Assembly: GCA_964612735.1 (NCBI GenBank)
Contig: CAZTEB010000005.1
Coordinates: 4,080-34,225 of the forward strand
Source: an uncultured Pseudomonadales bacterium
GTDB taxonomy: Bacteria; Patescibacteriota; Microgenomatia; UBA1400; PJMF01
Length of the DNA stretch: 30,146 nucleotides
Direction of reading: 5' to 3'
Within the stretch, counting starts at the first letter, position 1. Each line of letters starts with the position of its first letter. The position numbers and the translations under genes were made by a program. This document shows, in pieces, positions 25,697-30,146 of the stretch. The notes below the pieces were generated by a model. That model had not been told where the DNA came from. It was given only the letters and a program-made list of their open reading frames with translations, and made no database searches.

Positions 25697-27153
25697 TCTC
25701 AAAACATACTATTCAGCACTATGTTCCACTGATGATTCTCGCATCTTTCATACTGGGATTTGTAGTAGTAATCACCAAACCATCTTTGTCTTTACCTAAT
25801 CTTACTGAATCGATAACAAACAATCAGATGAAGCCGCAGTTAAAACAAAGTTTTGCTTCTTACTCAGAAGAAATTGAAGAATCTGGTGAAGAAGTTGTTT
25901 TTGATTTAGTGGCAGATGAGTCCACTATTAGTTTATTTGAAGGAGTTGAGACACAAGTTTGGTCGTACAATGGTCAAGTTCCTGGACCAGAGATAAGAGT
26001 GAAATTAGGTCAAAGAGTTACGGTTAACTTTATAAACAATCTTCCGCAACCTACTACTATCCATTGGCATGGGGTACGAGTACCAAATGAAATGGATGGT
26101 GTGCCAGACATCACTCAGGACCCAATACAACCAGGTGATTCATTTACGTACTCATTTGTACCGAAAGATGCAGGAACATTCTGGTTTCATCCTCATGTTA
26201 GAGGAGCAGAGCAAGTGGAAAAGGGTTTATATGGAACTTTGATTGTTGAAGACCCTAGTGAGCCTCAGTTTGATTCAGACACAGTGTTTGTGGTTGATGA
26301 TTGGCGATTGCAACAGAATGGCCAAATAGACCCACGCTTCGTTACAAACCATGATTTAGCTCATGATGGTAGGTGGGGCAATGCTATTACGGTCAATGGT
26401 TCAACAAACAAGCAGGCTTCTTTTTCAGCAGGTGCGAGTAACAGACTTAGGTTTGTTAATACTTCAAATGGTAGAGTGTATCGTCTGGATTTTGGTGGGT
26501 TAGCTAATAATGCTCAAGTAATTGCTGTAGATGGTATGAAGGTGGGTGAGGTTTTTCCAGCACAGGGTTTTGAACTTGCCCCAGGCAATAGAGTTGATGT
26601 TGTTTTACAGATTCCAGATTCCATGGCTCAATCATCATTTACTGTATATGATACTTTTACCCGAAATAGAAATAGTTTATTCAATATAACTATAGGTGAT
26701 TTAACGACCACAACTTTCAGTGGTGATTTGCCTGTTGATAGCTCGTTTCCTGATTGGTCAGAGGCTAATAAACTCAAACCTAATGCTGAATATGTTCTAA
26801 ATGCACGCAGAACTTCTGGCATGGGGATGATGGGTATAGAGTGGACCATCAATGGACAGGCCTATCCGAATGTAAATCCAATCACGCTGAAACACAACGA
26901 AATTCAGAAGATTCGTTTTACAAATAAATCTGCTCGGTTGCACCCCATGCATTTGCACGGTCAGTTCTTCCAAGTTATTGCCAGAAATGGGCAACCAGTT
27001 GATGAACCCTACTGGCGTGATACAGTGCTTTTACACCCGAGAGAAACTGTAGATATTGTATTGCTTCCTTTGGATAAAGGAACATGGGCAAATCATTGTC
27101 ACATTTTAGAGCATGCAGAAGCGGGAATGATGACAGTTGTTGAAGTCAAATAG
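25693..27153 (+). CDS. Multicopper oxidase (three-domain laccase/CueO-like)
   Basis: IHWHG, WFHPH, HPMHLHG, HCHILEHAEAGMM. Confidence 0.93.
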   Translation: MISKHTIQHYVPLMILASFILGFVVVITKPSLSLPNLTESITNNQMKPQLKQSFASYSEEIEESGEEVVFDLVADESTISLFEGVETQVWSYNGQVPGPEIRVKLGQRVTVNFINNLPQPTTIHWHGVRVPNEMDGVPDITQDPIQPGDSFTYSFVPKDAGTFWFHPHVRGAEQVEKGLYGTLIVEDPSEPQFDSDTVFVVDDWRLQQNGQIDPRFVTNHDLAHDGRWGNAITVNGSTNKQASFSAGASNRLRFVNTSNGRVYRLDFGGLANNAQVIAVDGMKVGEVFPAQGFELAPGNRVDVVLQIPDSMAQSSFTVYDTFTRNRNSLFNITIGDLTTTTFSGDLPVDSSFPDWSEANKLKPNAEYVLNARRTSGMGMMGIEWTINGQAYPNVNPITLKHNEIQKIRFTNKSARLHPMHLHGQFFQVIARNGQPVDEPYWRDTVLLHPRETVDIVLLPLDKGTWANHCHILEHAEAGMMTVVEVK

Positions 27154-27161
27154 CGAGGTAT
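27148..27161 (+). repeat. 14-bp direct repeat, right copy (AAATAGCGAGGTAT)
   Basis: Exact match to 17445-17458; overlaps the last codon and stop of the multicopper oxidase. Confidence 0.6.
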
Positions 27162-27274
27162 TTCATGCTTACACGGCTGTTAAACTGAAATATATTGAAC
27201 TCAAGGAAATTTAGCAAGCCACATCAAACTATTCAGTGGTACGAGACGGGTCTATCAGAACTTTTCGATTGTTG

Positions 27275-27359
27275 CGGTGGGAGTGGGATTCGAACCCACG
27301 AAGCTCTGAAGAACTACGGTTTTCGAGACCGTCCCGTTTGACCACTCCGGCATCCCACC
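27275..27359 (-). tRNA. tRNA-Ser(CGA), CCA not encoded
   Basis: Acceptor GGTGGGA/TCCCACC, anticodon arm ACGGT-CTCGAAA-ACCGT, long variable arm, GGTTCGAATCC; TATAAT at 27374-27379. Confidence 0.95.
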
Positions 27360-27433
27360 TCGTTGCACTGGGAATTATACCGCACTATCCAGACAGAAAA
27401 TCAGTATGGTTATGGTGTCGTAGAAAGTGTTCG

Positions 27434-28360
27434 TTACTCACTGTGGTCGTCTTCGTGATGATGGAGTTCCTGGTCGTGCTCTTCAAGAAGATACTCCATT
27501 TCCATGTGCGCATCATCATCTTCATCTGCATGCTCTAGTTCATCATGGTGCTCGTGATCGTAGCCAGCTTCTAATGCTCGATGAGTTGCGGCTTCTTGAG
27601 CTGACGTAAGCTGTAGTCCTCCTGCGATGACAGCGATTCCCGCTAGAAATAGCACGATGTGCTGAACCTTTTGAATCACACCGTGTTCTGAAGTATGAAG
27701 CTCTGGAATCAAGTCTGATAAAGCGATGTAGAGAAAAGTGCCTGCCGCAAACGTCACTAAGTACGGGAGGACTGGTAGTAGTTGGTCTGAGAACACGACG
27801 GTGACACCAGCTCCTAGGAATGCAGCGAGAGCTGACCCTACGTTAAAAAGTAAAGCTTTTCGCTTAGAAAAACCCGCGGCAACCATCACGCTGAAGTCAG
27901 CAATTTCCTGGGGGATTTCATGAGCGGCGATGGCGAGGGCAGTTAAAAGACCGAGCTCGGGTTGAACTAAGAATACGCTTGCGATCAGCACGCCGTCGAT
28001 AAAGTTGTGAACACTATCTCCGACTGTGATCAAGTAACCAGTAGTGCGAGTGAGTTTTTCCTGATGATGATCTTCATGCTCATGGTGATGGTGGTGCCAG
28101 ATAAACTTTTCTAAGATAAAGAAAAATACGATTGCACCCAGAAGCGTCATGCCGACCGATGCTCCAGATAGTTCATGTAGTGATTCTGGTAGTAAGTGAA
28201 GGAGTGAGGTGGCGATCATGACGCCTGAGGCAAATGCCGTCAGCCGAACTGCTAATTTTGCGCTGAAAGATGAGGTGGCTGCTAACAGCACGCTGCCTAC
28301 CAATGAAGCCAGACTGCCTACAAACACTAGTCCAAAGAGTGGTAGTACAGAAATGTCCAT
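27434..28360 (-). CDS. ZIP family divalent metal transporter with His/acidic C-terminal tail
   Basis: HLLPES, HHHHHEHEDHH loop, GDSVHNFIDG, AHEIPQE, LYIALSDLIPELH. Confidence 0.92.
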   Translation of the reverse strand: MDISVLPLFGLVFVGSLASLVGSVLLAATSSFSAKLAVRLTAFASGVMIATSLLHLLPESLHELSGASVGMTLLGAIVFFFILEKFIWHHHHHEHEDHHQEKLTRTTGYLITVGDSVHNFIDGVLIASVFLVQPELGLLTALAIAAHEIPQEIADFSVMVAAGFSKRKALLFNVGSALAAFLGAGVTVVFSDQLLPVLPYLVTFAAGTFLYIALSDLIPELHTSEHGVIQKVQHIVLFLAGIAVIAGGLQLTSAQEAATHRALEAGYDHEHHDELEHADEDDDAHMEMEYLLEEHDQELHHHEDDHSE

Positions 28361-28476
28361 CGCTATCCTGAGCTATGAGTACTGTCCCATACTATACGCT
28401 AGAATCTAGTATTATGCAACAGAGTTGCGTTGATTGAGGTATTTGAGTGAGCTTTGTGTTTCTGTGAGGAATGATG

Positions 28477-28550
28477 TGCACCCGGCGCGATTCGAACGCA
28501 CGACCTTCTGTTCCGCAAACAGATGCTCTATCCAACTGAGCTACGGGTGC
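28477..28550 (-). tRNA. tRNA-Arg(GCG), CCA not encoded
   Basis: Acceptor GCACCCG/CGGGTGC, anticodon arm TCTGT-TTGCGGA-ACAGA, GTTCGAATC. Confidence 0.93.
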
Positions 28551-28583
28551 TTGATGGGCGCTCACAAACTGCGCCAGAGGTCT

Positions 28584-28612
28584 ATTTTAGCCTGGAGTGC
28601 CAGATAAGTAAA
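28584..28612 (-). promoter_or_regulatory. Sigma70-type promoter for tRNA-Arg
   Basis: TTTACT-17 nt-TAAAAT on the minus strand. Confidence 0.55.
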
Positions 28613-28615
28613 TGT

Positions 28616-29308
28616 CTACGCAGTATCAAGGGGGATTTTTTCTTGAAGCCAACTGGCAGTTTTGTCGTAAAAGGTGTCTTTTGGTTTTTCGTTGAGTAGT
28701 ACTTCGGAGAGCATCTGTGTCATCTGATCTTTGCTTTGCTTGCCAAGCAGGAGCGTCAATCTACCGGGAAACCGCGCAATCTCGATATGAAGTACGTCTT
28801 CACCGTGTCGCTCATCAAACCAAAATCGCCCCATCTCCTCCCAGTAGTACAGATTTTCGTCATGACGAATGCCGTACGTGGTCAGTTTATTAGTGACGTT
28901 GTCAGGCGGCACACTCGAGAGTACGTAGGCCAAGAACGCGACTGAGATAACGACTGCGATAGGTAAAAACTGACCTGCAAAGAACAAGATTAGGGAAATG
29001 AGTAGTGTGATAATCGCCACCGTGCTGAAGAATTGGCGATTGCGTTTCTTAAACGGGCGACTAGCAGCTTGCCACTCTAAGATAACTTCTTCTGGGACGG
29101 GTTTAAATTGACCAGGAATGAGCTCTGATTCTTGCCAAGCTGAGTGTGGTTGTTGAGCGCCACTATCAGCCTTTTGCTGTGGTGGTTGAGCTGGCCGTTG
29201 TTGTGGGGGTTGGGAGTGATTTAGCTCTGGTGCAGGACTGGAAGTAGCCGGAACTGATTGATCAATTGTCTGACCGAATGTGGCTTGGGTGGGTGAGGCA
29301 GTGTTCAT
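28616..29308 (-). CDS. Conserved hypothetical membrane protein (P/Q-rich N-terminus, 2 TM, PH-like C-terminus)
   Basis: QPPQQRPAQPPQQ, EWQAASRPFKKR, two TM helices, YGIRHDENLYYWEEMGRFWF. Confidence 0.7.
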   Translation of the reverse strand: MNTASPTQATFGQTIDQSVPATSSPAPELNHSQPPQQRPAQPPQQKADSGAQQPHSAWQESELIPGQFKPVPEEVILEWQAASRPFKKRNRQFFSTVAIITLLISLILFFAGQFLPIAVVISVAFLAYVLSSVPPDNVTNKLTTYGIRHDENLYYWEEMGRFWFDERHGEDVLHIEIARFPGRLTLLLGKQSKDQMTQMLSEVLLNEKPKDTFYDKTASWLQEKIPLDTA

Positions 29309-29389
29309 AGTAAAGCAAGCACAGCTGGGGCTGCGTCTAGTTCACTATACACAAATCAGGCTTGGGGAGGAAGTGGTGACGGACGTCAT

Positions 29390-30031
29390 CTAGCCCAAGT
29401 GGGCATCATCATTGATGGTGCTGATTTTCCACTCATCTTGCTTGGAGAACCGATCAGTTTTTTGACTTAAGACGGTGATGCCTGTGTTAGAAAAAGCGAT
29501 GGAACTGAATAGTTTGACTGCTTGATCAAAAGTGATGTCTTCTCCAATCATCATGATGCCGAGCAGCAGGTTTAGTACAAAGCCATGAAAAACCACTACA
29601 ATATTTTTTTCTGGTCTACTTTTGAGCGTTTCATATATGCCAAGCATTCTAGTTTTGAGCTCTGAAAAACTTTCTTCATCTGAGTACTTCCAATCTTGAT
29701 CCTCTGACCGCTTTGCCAGCTTTTCTCTGACAGCTTTTGCCTTAGTGTCATCGAAGCTAGTGCCCAAGATCTCTGATGGCCAGTCGTATTCATGGAGATC
29801 ATTGATGGTTTCGATCTCGTGACCAGTTGCTTTGGAGATTGCTTGAGCCGTTTGTTGAGCTCGCTTATAAGGACTACAAAGTAGAGCTTCGAACTGGATA
29901 TTTTTGAAACGATGGGCGACTAGTTTTGCTTGGCTTTCACCAATCTCAGATAGTGGTGAGTCGCCACCTTGGTGGATTCGTTGTTGGTTGCCAAGGCTTT
30001 CTCCGTGACGGACGAGGTAGATTTTTTTCAT
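29390..30031 (-). CDS. Histidine phosphatase (phosphoglycerate mutase-like)
   Basis: IYLVRHGES, LSEIGESQA, CSPYKRAQQTA, LHE, VVVFHG, INDDAHL; the longer track start lies inside the tRNA. Confidence 0.9.
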   Translation of the reverse strand: MKKIYLVRHGESLGNQQRIHQGGDSPLSEIGESQAKLVAHRFKNIQFEALLCSPYKRAQQTAQAISKATGHEIETINDLHEYDWPSEILGTSFDDTKAKAVREKLAKRSEDQDWKYSDEESFSELKTRMLGIYETLKSRPEKNIVVVFHGFVLNLLLGIMMIGEDITFDQAVKLFSSIAFSNTGITVLSQKTDRFSKQDEWKISTINDDAHLG

Positions 30032-30035
30032 AGGG

Positions 30036-30118
30036 CGGAAGTGGTGGGATTCGAACCCACGTAGGCGTAAGCCTCCGGTTTTCAAGACCGGTGCAATTGA
30101 CCGCTATGCGACACTTCC
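30036..30118 (-). tRNA. tRNA-Ser(TGA), CCA not encoded
   Basis: Acceptor GGAAGTG/CACTTCC, anticodon arm CCGGT-CTTGAAA-ACCGG, long variable arm, GGTTCGAATCC. Confidence 0.95.
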
Positions 30119-30146
30119 TGATTGCGTCACCTACATCAGAGGTGAG

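Larger units (their letters stand above)
17445..27275. mobile_element. AT-richer genomic island (CBASS plus copper resistance) abutting the tRNA-Ser(CGA) 3' end; no integrase visible
   Basis: Visible compositional shift, defence and metal cargo, XRE/ImmA module, flanking 14-bp repeat, tRNA 3' end facing the island. Confidence 0.7.

Noticed and set aside
27165-27188. GAGGT-led mini-ORF MLTRLLN after the oxidase
   Set aside because: Only 7 codons with no recognisable continuation; cannot support a pseudogene call
27236-27538. 100-aa ORF containing WDSNPR
   Set aside because: Antisense translation of tRNA-Ser(CGA)
27283-30060. 17-bp repeat GTGGGATTCGAACCCAC at 27283 and 30044 as an att pair
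   Set aside because: Both copies are T-arms of complete tRNA-Ser genes, and the DNA between looks host-like
30032-30085. N-terminal extension of the histidine phosphatase in the ORF track
   Set aside because: Lies inside tRNA-Ser(TGA); the family starts at MKKIYLVRHG
1-30146. CRISPR array, rRNA, IS/transposase, integrase, riboswitch
   Set aside because: No spaced repeats or recognisable motifs seen by eye; covariance-model searches were not run

Overview
This window is probably from a Patescibacteria/CPR (Microgenomates-like) chromosome using the standard code; the taxonomy is inferred from gene content, tRNA-Arg(GCG) and promoter style. Bases 1-10 kb hold a secreted C39-like peptidase missed by the ORF track and a surface-glycosylation locus (methyltransferase, two GT4, a ColD-type 3-dehydratase, a GT2/GT-C fusion and a second GT-C-like protein). 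Bases 10-17.4 kb hold housekeeping and accessory genes: EamA, DUF2177, a Ham1 ITPase, an ObaG-like threonine-transaldolase/SHMT-fold enzyme, typA, an atypical Ser/Thr kinase, greA and DUF4386. Bases about 17.4-27.3 kb form an AT-richer island ending at the 3' end of tRNA-Ser(CGA), bracketed by a 14-bp direct repeat, with no integrase. The island carries (i) a CBASS-type CD-NTase plus SLATT 2TM effector, preceded by DUF2188 and a Zn-finger/HTH gene and divergent from an XRE + ImmA/IrrE pair with two candidate operators, and (ii) a six-gene copper operon led by an ArsR-YHS fusion with a perfect 11-8-11 operator. The right end has a ZIP transporter with a His-rich tail, tRNA-Arg(GCG), a membrane protein, a histidine phosphatase and tRNA-Ser(TGA). 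Many host genes appear leaderless. No CRISPR array, rRNA or transposase was seen. All family calls come from motif recognition by eye, not database searches.
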